From the human T2T-CHM13v2.0 reference genome, Homo sapiens, in NCBI RefSeq assembly GCF_009914755.1, contig NC_060938.1: a stretch of 64,000 nucleotides of DNA; one strand, given 5' to 3'. Each line of letters starts with the position of its first letter. The stretch's first letter is position 1. Under the pieces are notes generated by a model. The model made no database searches and had not been told where the DNA came from. It saw nothing but the letters and a program-made list of their open reading frames with translations. Below, piece after piece: positions 1-12,678 of this stretch. A program made the translations under genes and the position numbers.

Positions 1-449
1 ACACGGTGGGTATGTATTTATTTAATTAAAGAGTTGGCCTGTTCCAAGAAGGATTTTAACCCCTAGCGGCACTGAACAGGTGGCGATGAATTGGCCGGGA
101 AGGAAGTCGGTCCTAGGGGTAGTCACAGACCCCCTGGGCTGGGGTCCCCTCCACCTGCCTGCACCTGTATCACCCCTCAGCTGCTGTTCTGAAATTTTCC
201 CTCCTGCCCCATTTTTAAAGCGGTTTACACCAGAGAGCCGACCAGAAAGGAGAGATACAAAACCAAACCAGAAAGCCCTGGGAAGCGGTAGGCTTAGGAA
301 CATGGAAAGCTCAACCGTCGGTTGTGGGGCCCGCAGATCTCTCTGGTTCCCCTCTCTGCCCCGTCTCCAGCTTTTTTGCAGGTCGGTGTCGCGGCCTCGC
401 AGATCCCCAACAGCCCCGAGAGCCCTGAAGGAGCTGGTCCCAGCGGGTC

Positions 450-2300
450 CAAGCTCGTGTTGGCTTGGTGCAAGCCTGTTTGTTAGCTCTGCACGACCAA
501 TTAATTTTCTCCTGCATCTTCCCCCCGTGGTGGGTGGCGGGGTGGGGAGGGGGTGTGTGGCGGGGCCTCGGGTCGGCTCGGGGGTCGGAGAGCCCGGACA
601 GGAGCGGCTACACTGCAGAAACCCTTTTTCTAAGAGTCCCCAGCGGTGCCATAACCTGTTTCTCTCTGCAGCAGCCTCAGAGGGTAAAGGAAGGGCTCGT
701 TGCAGCTCCATATGGAAGAAAGGAGAGAAAAAGGGAGAAGGAAGGGGATTATATTGGTCAGTAGAGGTCCAACTACTGAAGAGAAGAGTGCACGGGGGAG
801 TGCGCCCTACGGGACGAGTACACGTGCTGGGAAGGGCGGGGGGTGAGAGGCGGGCAGGAGGGGAGGAGTAGGGAGGCGAGAGCAGCGGGCGGGAGGCGCC
901 ACGGCCTCTCAGACGCTGGCGCCCGCAGCCGAGAAGCCAGAGAGAAAGTGTCCGGGGAGAGCTCGCCCCTGGGAGGGCCGACGTCGAGCCTGCTCGCCGC
1001 GAGGGTCTCAGGTACCGCGCGTCCAGCCAGCCTTCCCGCGGCGCGCACTCGGCCGCCCGGGCTCGGCTCGTCGGGAAGCAGGGGAACATCGCCGGCTGGC
1101 AGCCGGGGCGGCCGCCGCCAAACTTGGAGGAGGAGGATGCTGCGAGTGGGCGCGGCGGCGCGGGGCGCGGGGGCGCACTGAGTGCTCCCTACGGCGCTGC
1201 TGCCAGGGCTGTGGCCGGGCGAGCCGGCCGAAGCGGAGCGGGCAGGTAGCGGCTCTAGCGCCGGGACTGCGCCAGCCCTGCGAGCCCGGGCCGCCAGCGC
1301 CACCGTGCCGGCGTCGCCTCCTCGCCACGGAGCCATGGTGCGCGCAGCGCGCACGCGGCGCGCGGGACTCTGAGCTCCGGCCGCGTCGCGCGTCCCCACC
1401 TTCCCAAGGGGCTCCCCCGCCGACCTCGCCCTCGGGCCATGAGGCTTTGGCCCGGAGCTCCTCGCCTCTGAGTCGCGCGCCGCCTGCTCCAGCCCCAGCG
1501 CCGCTCGGCCACTGATTGCACTCTGGCCGCTGAAGCTCCCCATCCTCTCCCAGAGACGGCACCCAGGCGCTCCGGGATGGCGCTCCGCGGGACCCTCCGG
1601 CCGCTCAAAGTTCGCAGGAGGCGAGAGATGCTGCCGCAGCAAGTCGGCTTCGTGTGCGCGGTGCTGGCCCTGGTGTGCTGTGCGTCCGGCCTCTTCGGCA
1701 GCTTGGGTGGGTGCTGGTACGGGTCCCCTCTTCCTGGGGAGTTGGGGGCTTTGGCTGGGGAGTCTCGGGGCGGCTGCGAGATGTTTTCCCCTCCTTCCTC
1801 ATCAGGTTGGTCCCAAGGGTTCATCCAGTCCCCTCCCCGCCGGGCAGGTAGAGCGCGCCCAGAAGAGCTGATGGACGCTCTGGGCTGTGGCGCCGGTTCC
1901 CCTGAGCTACGAGCTGCCCCTGGGGGGGCTCAGGACGCGGCTGCAGGTGTGTGTTACTAAGACGAAAGCAAGAACCGCTTCCGTCCCGGGAGTGCGCCCG
2001 GAATGGGCAGCGCAACTGCGGGGTGCAGGCAGGATTCTCTTGGTCTGGGGTGGGCGAAACTGAGTGGCCCGCTTTCCTATTCTGCAGAGCCGCAGGAACC
2101 GCCACTGCGTCTCGCCCCTGCCCTGGTTCAAAGGGGTCCCCTGGGTGCCCTGAGGTGTTTGTTCTTCCCAAACCCTAAAGGCGTTGGGGCAGTCTGCCGC
2201 GGGGGGTAGCTGCCATGTTTCAGCATCGCGTCTCTCAACTCCCCTTAACTCCCACGGAGGGAGAAGGCGGGTGTGTGGAGCCTCGACCCATGCCCCCTCC
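450..2300. promoter_or_regulatory. SLC24A4: CpG island / GC-rich promoter and 5' region of SLC24A4
   Basis: Very high GC and CpG density (runs such as GCGCGGCGGCGCGGGGCGCGG), GGGCGG GC-boxes, CCAAT-like boxes near 497 and 753, and no obvious TATA box. It spans the first coding exon. Confidence 0.9.
1577..1706 (+). CDS. SLC24A4: SLC24A4 (NCKX4) coding exon 1: MALRGTLRPLKVRRRREMLPQQVGFVCAVLALVCCASGLFGSL(G), signal peptide/anchor
   Basis: Translation matches the recognised NCKX4 N-terminus. Kozak gggATGg; second in-frame ATG at 1628 (MLPQQ); donor TGG|GTGGGT at 1706/1707, phase 1, compatible with exon 2. Confidence 0.96.
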
Positions 2301-3034
2301 TCCAAGAAGAGGGATTTGGGAGTAGCTTAGGCTATGCAAATTTCAGGTGGAGCGGGAAGAGAGAAGGAACTAACCAAAGAAGTGTGTTTAGGGGGATGTG
2401 ACCCCATGTGTAACCTTCAGGAGGCATTCACTTCCCTAACTCAGGAGACATTCACTTCCCTAATCGTCTCATTTTGAGTTGGATGCTGTGAACCTTTTAA
2501 TTTCATTATTTTTTTAAATGTAAAAAGACAAAAGAAATGCTGGTGATTTAAACACCAAGACATGGAAGGTAAAGCGGGTAGTACCTTCTTGAGCAGTTAG
2601 AAAGGCCGTCAACATCCAGAGACCATTTAGAGAGGTGTACACTGAAAGGTAAAAATCCAGTGGAACTTGATTAAAGTTTTCAAAATAACTGCCTTTCGAA
2701 ACCTAAACTTTGTGATTTGAGGATGCAGGGTTAAAAAGTGGCTCTTTGCAGTGAGACCCAGGAAGATTATTTTGAATATCTTAGTACCTGGTGCTTTGCA
2801 ATTGGGCAAGTCAGTGTTTGGATTTTTTTCCCCCCTCAATTACACACCAGAAATAACAACATACCTAGAGGCTCTTAGACATCAGCATTATAGAAGAGGT
2901 ATTATTACCCAGCTGAAGCAGTGCGCATCAGGAGAGGTAAATGAATACTCTGAAGGTCTTAAAGTGAGAATCATTTTTATTTGCTGGATCAGGAATTACC
3001 TTTAGGAGTTTAAGTGTGCTTGGTTGCGGGCCTC

Positions 3035-3204
3035 CGCAAATTCTCTCTTGCCCAGTATGGCCCCTGGACCAGCAGAATCAGCACCACCTGGGAGCTTGTT
3101 AGTGCAGAATCCCAGGTCCCACCCCAGACCTGCTGAGTCAGAATCTGAATTCTAACAAGATCCCCAGGTGATCTGTGTGCACATTCAAGTGTGAGGAGCA
3201 CTGG
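3035..3204. mobile_element. MER5A-like hAT-Charlie DNA transposon (intron 1)
   Basis: ggaccagcagaatcagcaccacctgggagcttgtt...agaatctgaattctaacaagatccccaggtgatctgtgtgcacattcaagt. Confidence 0.8.
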
Positions 3205-3613
3205 GCCAGACCGCATCAGCCTTGCCCACCTGCTTGCTGACTTGCTATTCATTCGTGAAGTTCCTCCAGGGCAGGGGCCCTCTGAGAGTGTCTTTTACTG
3301 GAAGAACACTTAAAAGGTCACCTATCTAAACCGTTTGTTGCACCTATGAGGTGCTGAGACCACCTCAGTCTTGGCCAAGGTCAGGTCACATGCTGACCCA
3401 TCTGGGACTGGAAACAGTGAACTAGATCCAGGAAACAGGCCATTGTATGTAAGCAGGTGATATTATACTTCCAATCATCCTATCAGTCCCTAAAGATGGC
3501 TCTGAATAGGCAAACAGGGCTGTTGCTGACATAGACACACAAATGTAAGGTCATTTTGGAAACGCAGCCATCACACTGACCTAATGGTATCTGTGACTTA
3601 TTTTCCAATCCAG

Positions 3614-3724
3614 GGCACAAAACAGCTTCTGCTAGCAAACGTGTCCTGCCAGACACATGGAGAAATAGAAAGTTGATGGCCCCAGTGAATGGGACACAGA
3701 CAGCCAAGAACTGCACAGATCCTG
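3614..3724 (+). CDS. SLC24A4: SLC24A4 coding exon 2: (G)HKTASASKRVLPDTWRNRKLMAPVNGTQTAKNCTDP
   Basis: Acceptor ttttccaatccAG (3612-3613), donor CTG|GTAAGA at 3724/3725, 111 nt, phase 1 at both ends. Joins exon 1 in frame without stops and carries N-glycosylation sequons NGT and NCT. Confidence 0.96.
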
Positions 3725-6700
3725 GTAAGAAATCAATTCTTCTCCACTCAGTCTACTAAGATGTTTGGCCTGGCCTGGAGATGGCGCTTATGTGGGTGGT
3801 TACAGCCAGAGCTGAGAAAGGTGGTTTATGGACCTGAGTGGGAAAGGGTGGCCATGAGGTATTGAAAGGTAACATAAAGACATTCGTCAATGGTGCTGCT
3901 AAGCAACTCAAGTGCTTTCTTTATCCAGCAACTGAAAAGGTCACAGTCAAGAGTTTAAAAATGTTACTTTTTGTTCTCACAATGTTCCTGAAGGCTAAGT
4001 ATTTTCCCTGCTCTCTTGATGTTGTTTGCGGCTCGGGGTGTCTTTGTTTTCTTCCCTTTTGCTCACTGTATCCATTACTGGAGCTCTCACGGTGGCAGAT
4101 CCAGCTGCTGTGGCAATGGTGCTTTGAGGTGGCCCACCAGGGTCTCAGCATGACCGGGCAGCTGCAGGGGTGGGACACTCTGGGGTGCTGCGGCTGTTTC
4201 TCTCAAATGGGAGTCGGCACGGTGTCATTCAGCCCTGGAGACTGATTCTGCTTGCCCCGTTTTGATGTTCTTCTTCAGATTTTTCTTGGGGGTTCGAGGC
4301 AGTAGAGACCCAGAGGTGACATCTTGTCTGTTCTCCTGCCACAGACAGGCTTTGCTTAAATGAGTGAAGAAGATTATCAGGAGAAGACAGCGTATTGGCA
4401 GAGAGCAGAACTCACAGCCACTGCCCAGATCGCAGGCTGAGCACTTCTATGCTTGAGCTCTGGCTGTAACCCTTAAGGTCTTTGTGAGGAGGATCTGGGG
4501 GGATGATACATTCACAAGCCCTTAGGGAACTGTGGGGTTTTAATATAGATGGCTTTGCCACTAAGTTCCTGGGCAGATCACATCATCTTTTTGGATCTCT
4601 GTTTTCTCACCTGTAAATGGGCAGAATAGTTGCCTGTTGTAGGGTTGTTGGGAGAAACTGGGAAGGCTGTGTTGGGGACTGGGTATAAAAGGAGACGGAG
4701 CTCCAGGACAAAGGAGCAGGGTTGGATGGCAGTCCCCACGTGTTAAATTGTCATACTCTGTGAGGCAAGTCTCTTCCCCATTTTACAGGTCAGGAAAGAT
4801 CTGGGGAGAAGGCACAAGTTGCTCAAAGTCACAGAACTCGTAAGTGGTGACGCTGGTTTGAGAACCTAGGCCTGTGAAACTAAAACCTTTGGTTGGTTCC
4901 CTGTGCTTAGGAGGGGGTGACCTTCTGTCAAAGTTTTCATACTGTTTTTATGCTATCAGCTTCCCTGCCCTCAGATGCCTTCTGAGAAGTCCACCGGGAG
5001 GGACGTGGTGGTGGACAAGCTCAGGCTTGCAGAGAAGTGCTGGGATTCACTTGTCACCTGGGTGGTTCCTCCTGTCCTGGTGGCCCAGCAGGCGGGGTGC
5101 TCATCCTGTCATTCCCTCCCCCAGGGTGTCTCCTCTCATCAGCCAGGCTGGTGGACATGTGGGCCGACTGATATATGGCAAGGGTCATTGGCTCCACACG
5201 GAAAAACATGCGTGAGGCCAAGGATGGTTAATGCTGGGGGCCGTTCCCACCCATTCCAGGGACCAGAAATGCTGGAATTGGCACCATCCCCATGGGAACA
5301 CTTTGCTACTCTGGATAAAGAATCAGGGTTCAGGAATGTTTGGGTGGTTTCAAGCTTGCTGGTGCCCTCATCTTGGGCTGGCCATGCCCTCCTCTGTGAC
5401 TTCTGTCGTACATAGCCTGAGTATGTTGGCTTAGACGGGGATCCCTTTCTTATGATAGAGTTCTCCTTTGCCCCGCTGTGGGCTCTGTGTCTGTCTTCAG
5501 CTGTCTGATTAAAAATCATTCAATTAACATATAAAGCGTCTGTTCTATTCGACAGGAAGGCCTCACCTTGTCCCTTTTGTGGAAAGGGAAGTGGAGGGAA
5601 CTTGATAATATCTTTAAAAATAGTTAACTTTTGCATTATGCTTTGTATTGACTGTTTCCAGAATACAGCCTGGCCCATAGAAAGGACTGCATAGATATGG
5701 GTCGAATGATGGAATGAAAGTGCATTTTGATGTATCTCACATTTTAATCCTTATCACGTTTTTGCCAAGACAAGATACACGAAGTTCAGAAGTTTAGTGG
5801 CTTCCTAAGATCTCTTGGGCAGCTGGAACATACTGGGGTCACCTGGATCCAGGTGCCAGGCCTCTCCCTTGTACTGCACAGCCCCCGGCTCTCAGGCCAG
5901 GTGGGGTCTGTGGCCAGCCTTCCCTTCCAGCATCTTCCTCCCTGGCCTATGAGAATCTCTGCCCCCTTTTCATTTCACAAGTCTGTGTAGCAAGCACCTG
6001 CTCGTGTGTGTCCAGCTCTATTGTGGACAGGTAGTGGGGAGTATAAGATGCAAGCCGCTGTCATTGAGTAGCTTATACTAGAGTAGAGAGGACAAGATCT
6101 CAACACAGGGAAAGCTAGGTGACATTGAGGGACTCCAGCGGCTCCCCAGTGAGCAGCCCCGCAGGAGGCACTGCAGGTGCACAGAGGAGGATGCGCTGGC
6201 CCGGTGTCCTTCTGTGTAGCCTGGGGGACTAGATGAGGCAGGGCCATTTAGAGTTGCCATGACAGAACTGGGTTTAGCAGAAATAGAAATTTAGTGGCTC
6301 AGTAACTGGCAGTGTGAGATCAAAGGTTACGAGGTGTCCATGGCTCTGTTTCTCCATCTCTGGGCTCACTTATCTTCTAGCACGGGAAGGTGGTTACCAC
6401 CGGCCCAACCTTATGTCCTCCCAGACTCAAATATGCTGAGGCTGAGCAGCTTCTGCAGAAGCCAGGAAGTTCTGTTGGGCTGGGTTGGCTTGGGCCGCAT
6501 GACCACCCTTGCAGATTGATCTGGCCAAGGGAGTGCTGGGCCCAGGACTGGCTTAGACCTTGGTCATAGGTTCCACCTCCGGAGGGAGGGGACTGAAGCT
6601 GCCACGCCTACCACCAGAACTCTACCTGGGAATCGGCGAGGTTGGGCACCTGGAGAGCAAACACTCAATTCTTACACCTCTTCACCCTGGGCTCCCATCC

Positions 6701-7196
6701 TGGGGCTTTCTGTGATAAGGAAGGCTGGATTAGAGTTTCAAGTGAGAGTTTCAGGGGTGTGACAGACGCTGCCATCTGATGGCTGCCTCCCTTCTGCACA
6801 GTTGGTGGGGTTTCCTCATAAAGAATTGCAGGCTATCTTGCCTCCTCTTCAGGCTTCTGCTTTAAGCTTGCCCCCATGAATTAGAGGGTGCCTTGTCCAG
6901 CTCTGCTGGATGAGGCCTTTCAGGGACGTCAGAAGATGGAGCTTTAAGAGCTCCCTCCTGTGCTAAGGCACCACTTGGAGTGGGTGTCCCACAAACGTGA
7001 GCCCACATCTCCTTAAGAACCTCCGGTGTGTGTCTTTATTGCCTGTGCCTTCTCATGCTCATCTTTACCTGTGAGAGGAAGAACTTTATTTTCCAAAAAC
7101 ATGAATGGGACCCTGCTCTAGTCTTTCCTGAAGATTCTGCATGGAAAACGGGCTCTGCCTGGGTTGTAACCCCAGATCTTGGTGTTAGCGTTTTGA

Positions 7197-7550
<354 letters not shown>

Positions 7551-7654
7551 TCCTCCCTATGTTGTTTTTATGTTTTTATGACATATGTCACTAACATTAC
7601 TCACTTCATTGTTGGGTGTCTACCCTTGAGGGCTACCTCTTTTGTGGCCAGAAG

Positions 7655-7968
7655 AGCTGTTCTTAATCCTGGCTGCATATTAAGATCACCTCAAGAGCTT
7701 TATAGGAATCTTTTGAAATGCCCAGGCCCCACTCCCAGAGTGTCTGATTTCACTGGTTTGGGGTAGGGCCCAGGAGTCAATACTTTTTAAGAGCTCCCAG
7801 GCAATTTCAGGATGAAGTCAGAGGTGGTGCTCGCTGGGCTGGAGACCTAGTGCTCAGCCTGGGAGCATCACCTGGGAGCATGTCAGGAATGCAGAGTCTC
7901 AGGCCCCCCCAATCAGAATTGGCATCCTGAAGAGATGCCTAGGTGGCTCTCTGGGCTAGAGCACTGCT
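7655..7968. mobile_element. MER5-family fragments
   Basis: tcttaatcctggctgcatattaagatcacc...aagagctcccagg; gcatcacctgggagcatgtcaggaatgcagagtctcaggcc. Confidence 0.6.
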
Positions 7969-8317
7969 GGACACTTGGTAGGTGTTCAATAAATATTTGA
8001 ATGTTGAACAAAAGCAATGCAAACAAAAATTTGAATGTTAACACTTATTTAATAGAGCCATTTTCCTAAAAAACATGTTTTTAAATGTAGGAAAGCTTTA
8101 AAAAAATCTGCTTTATTTTTGCTCAATGATGTCTATGGAAAATTTATAATTAATTTTTCCCTAGAGATCTGAAGGCAAAACATGGGCCTCTAGGCCTTAG
8201 ATGTTTATTTTCATGGCCTGTACAGAGCAAGCACTGAAAATGGAAAGCAGGTCTCTCCATGCCACATGTATGATGTAGGAATGAGTGGCAGTGACTCTGA
8301 GTCCCTAGAGAACTATC

Positions 8318-8670
8318 TGAGCTCAGGCTGCTTTAGCAAAATATCATAGACAGGATAGCTCAAACAGCAGACATTTCTTTCTCATGGTTGTGGAGGCTGG
8401 CAAATCCAAGATCAAGGTGACTGGTGAGGGCTCTCTACTTGGCTTGCAGATGGCCACCTTCTTGCTGTGTGCTCAGAGTGGCAGAGAGAGACAGCACACA
8501 GTCTCTCTTTCTCCTCTTATAAGGGGGCTCATTCCATCATGGGGGCCATACCCTCATGCACTTGTCTAACCTTAATTACCTCCCAAAAGCCCTGCCTCCA
8601 AATACCATCACATTGTGAGTTCAGGCTTCAAACTGTGAATTTGCAGGGGACTCAAACATTCAGTCTGTAT
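8318..8670 (-). mobile_element. MLT1A-type MaLR LTR
   Basis: tggaggctggcaaatccaagatcaaggtg...ggtgagggctctct...taattacctcccaaaagcc...gggactcaaacattcagtc. Confidence 0.75.
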
Positions 8671-9022
8671 AAGGAACCAGCGAGTTTCCACACATCTCCT
8701 GGGGTATTTGAAGACAGCTGAGAATGGAACCTGGTGCTTCTCAACCTTGGCCTGTAAATGAGAGACACCAGGGGGACTTGAAAAAGACAGATTCCTGGGC
8801 CCAGCCCTGACCTGTGAAACCAGAAGCAGTAACAGTTGCATTCTGTGACTGACTTTTGGAGTATCTGGGAACCATACTGTTTCTGTCCAGATCTTCCAGG
8901 ATGGGCTCCTGCTTGTCATCGCCACCTTCACAGGCTTTCCCTGGTAACCCAGTTCAAAGTAGCCCTCTGAGTCCCTGGCTGTCATGGCATCTTGTTTTTA
9001 GCTCCTTGCAGGTGCTAATTCT

Positions 9023-9331
9023 TAATTTTATTTATTTATTTTTAAAAAATGAGACAGGGTCTCACTGTGTCACCCAGGCTGGAATGCAGTGGTATGATCT
9101 CAGCTTACTGCAGTCTCGACCTTCCAGGCTCAAGCCATCGCCCACCTCAGCCTTCTGAATAACTGGGACTATAGGCACATGCCACCATGCCTGGCTAATT
9201 TTTGTATTTTTAGTAGAGACAGGGTTTCACCATGTTACCCAGGCTGTTTTCAAACTCCTAAGCTCCAGCGCTCTGTCTGCCTTGGCCTCCCAAAGTGCTG
9301 GGATTACAGGCATGAGCCACCACACCTGGCC
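9023..9331 (-). mobile_element. Alu (AluJ-like) with target-site duplication
   Basis: Full dimer; TSD tgcaggtgctaattct (9007-9022) / tgcaggcactaattct (9332-9347). Confidence 0.95.
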
Positions 9332-9745
9332 TGCAGGCACTAATTCTATCCATTACTGTATTATCTGCCTCCCCTAACTAGACTATAAAAGGTGAAAGCC
9401 TTGTTTGCATTTTAAAACCATAATACGTGCTTCACTTTTTCCATCTGTAAAATGAAGGTGATAATTACAGTTAACTCTTGAACAAACCTGCATGGGTCAC
9501 TTCTATGTGGATTTTTTTCTGCCTCTGCCACTCCTGAAACAGAAAGACCAACCCCTTCTCTTTCTCCTCTCAATGTGAAGATCATGAGGATGAAGACCAT
9601 TAGATGATCTGCTTCCACTTACTGAATAAATATATTTTCTCTTCCTTATGATTTTCTTAATAAAATTTTTCCTCTAGCTTACTCTATGTAAGAATACAGT
9701 GATACAGTGTATAATACATGTGACATATATAATATGTGTTAAACA

Positions 9746-10134
<389 letters not shown>

Positions 10135-10150
10135 TCAAAAGTTATATGCA

Positions 10151-10322
10151 GGCCAGGCACAGTGACTCATGCCTGTGATCCCAGCACTTTGGGAGGCTAA
10201 GGCAGGAGGATTGCTTCAGCCCAGAGCAACAGAGGGAGACCCTGTCTCTCAAATAATTAAAAAATTAGCTGGGCATTGTGGGGAGCACTTGAGATCCTGA
10301 GCAACAGAGTGAGATCCTGTCT
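10151..10322 (+). mobile_element. Short Alu (AluJ-like) with deletions in both arms
   Basis: ggccaggcacagtgactcatgcctgtgatcccagcactttggg...gcaacagagtgagatcctgtct; TSD aaaagttata. Confidence 0.85.
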
Positions 10323-10852
10323 AAAAGTTATACATATTAATAGATTTTCAGCTGAGTGGGGGATTGGTACCACTAATGCCTGATTTATTCAAGGGTCAAA
10401 GGTACCTCCACCTCAGAGGATTGTTGGAATGAAATGAATCTAAATACCCATCAGCACTTAAAACAGTGTTTGGCCTAGAATACATGCTCAGACACTAGCT
10501 TCTCTCTTTATTATCACTTTTTAATATGCTCAACCCAAAGATGATATAATGCCTGTGTGTGGTAAGTACAGAAAAACAATTTGTCAGTTGAATTTTCTGA
10601 GGGCAAGTTAACAAGTAAACATCTTGCCACACATTTATTCTTTTCTCTTCTGGAAACAAATTTGTTTAATTTAATTCATCTTTGAAGAATTTAGGATGCT
10701 GGAGGATGGCCTACCTTGTAGAACGTGCTTCTAAATAGAAGAACTTTCTTGTGTCTTGACCGGCATTATTTTACATTTGCCTGCATAACTGGGATAGGCA
10801 TGATTTCCCCCTCTCTAACACTGCCTTTATCCCCAACTTCTGGGTTTAAAAA

Positions 10853-11150
<298 letters not shown>

Positions 11151-12424
11151 TGAGATTGAATGTTTTTTTTCATTCTCCACTATGTGACCCCTTTTGGTTT
11201 GGATTTCCAATGTCCTATGCCCCATGTTAAAAAAGAAGGACGGAGCGGGGCTTGATTTCCCCTTGTTGTTGTGGGAGGGATTTAAGTCCTCCTTTAGAAT
11301 TTGCTTTATTGTGTGTGGTTTTCCTTCTTCCAAATACATCTTCTGAGATGCCTGAGCTGTGTGTCCACAGAAGAAAGGCTGGGAGAAGCGGGCTGATGCA
11401 GGCTGCTAAGGAGGGTCTGCAGAGAAAGGTGCTTCGTAGCATTTCAGGGGAGCAGAGGAGATGGACGCAAGCGCTAGATGGAGAATCTTCTGTGATCAGC
11501 TTGCTTCTGATCCACCCTTACTTTTTATTCTGTACCATGCCAGTGTAAGGGCGGTTGTGGGGTGCGGGGGGAGAGGGTGGTAGAGTCTGGTGGGGGTGGG
11601 ACCCTGGGCACGGGAGCTGACACTGTGGCTGGGCTAGGAGGAGATGAGATCACCAAGCAGGTGCCCTCAGGGGTGGGCCTCTGTAGACTCCCCTGTGCGG
11701 GGAGCAGAGGTGGAGAAAGCACGAGAAATCAAGAGAAGGACAAGGGGCCTAGAGCTGCAAAAAGGACATCAGGACAAGTGGGTGAGGAGGTGCAATGGCA
11801 CTGGTGGCAAGAAGTGTCTGGATTCTGAACAAACGTCTGTTGGAATGATGCCTCAGTGGACTTGGGAGACAAGTCACACATCCAAATTTTAAAGTCGTTA
11901 TGTAAAAGCAAATTTTGAGTTAGAAAAGCAAGAATTGGATTTACTACTATGGGCAGGGAAATCACAGTTCTATTCCTTTCCCAGACAGCAGGGGCAGGAT
12001 GTCCAGCCTGGAGAGGGCCTTTCCTGAGAAGGGCAGCCTCCGGAGGGCCAGGCAGCTTCTTGGGGAAACTGTCACCAACCATACTGGACAGCCATAGGCT
12101 GGCACAGCCACCAATGTGATTACAAACAAAGGCTGAGGAAGATGGCACCCGGCATCACTGTGCCCACTCATGCCTGTTTCAGGGGTGGAGTGGGATGGTT
12201 ATAGTGGATCAGTGGATTGGGAGCTGAAGGTCTGCGTTCTAGTATCAGTTGTGCCCGGATCCTGCCTGCTGGCATTTAGTGGCTATTCTCCCTCCCTCTC
12301 TCTCTTTCTTAACAAAAGGAAGTTGCACTGGATAAGTACAAAGATTTTCAGCAGCCAGAAAAGGCTCCTTCCCGTCTGTCTGTCTGTCTTGAAGATGGTA
12401 GTTGGACATGGTGAAGGCAGACGT

Positions 12425-12600
12425 GAGGGTTTGAGTCCCAGCTCACCCCTTACTGGCCGTGTGACCCTGGACAAGTTACATAATCTTGCTAAGCATCAGG
12501 ATTTCTCTTTTGTAAAATGAGGATAGCAGCTCTTCTTACCTGTCTCACAGTGCTGCTGTGTGACACCACATGCTGTATGGAAGTATTTGAACCATACGGA
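12425..12600 (+). mobile_element. MIR SINE
   Basis: gtgtgaccctggacaagttacataatc...tgtaaaatgaggatagcag core. Confidence 0.65.
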
Positions 12601-12615
12601 GCCCGTGATAGCTGC

Positions 12616-12678
12616 CATCATCATCATCATCATCATCGTCATCATCATCATCATCATCGTCATCATCATCATCGTCAT
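12616..12678. repeat. Interrupted (CAT)n trinucleotide repeat
   Basis: (CAT)7 CGT (CAT)6 CGT (CAT)4 CGT CAT. Confidence 0.95.

Noticed and set aside
22-1824. Long ORFs on both strands over the promoter (355, 263, 289, 184 and 189 aa)
   Set aside because: Arg/Pro/Gly/Ala-rich low-complexity translations typical of stop-poor CpG islands; they overlap in several frames and show no recognisable domain.
1707-1960. C-terminal part of the 127-aa ORF 1577..1960
   Set aside because: Read-through past the exon 1 donor; the real protein continues in exon 2.
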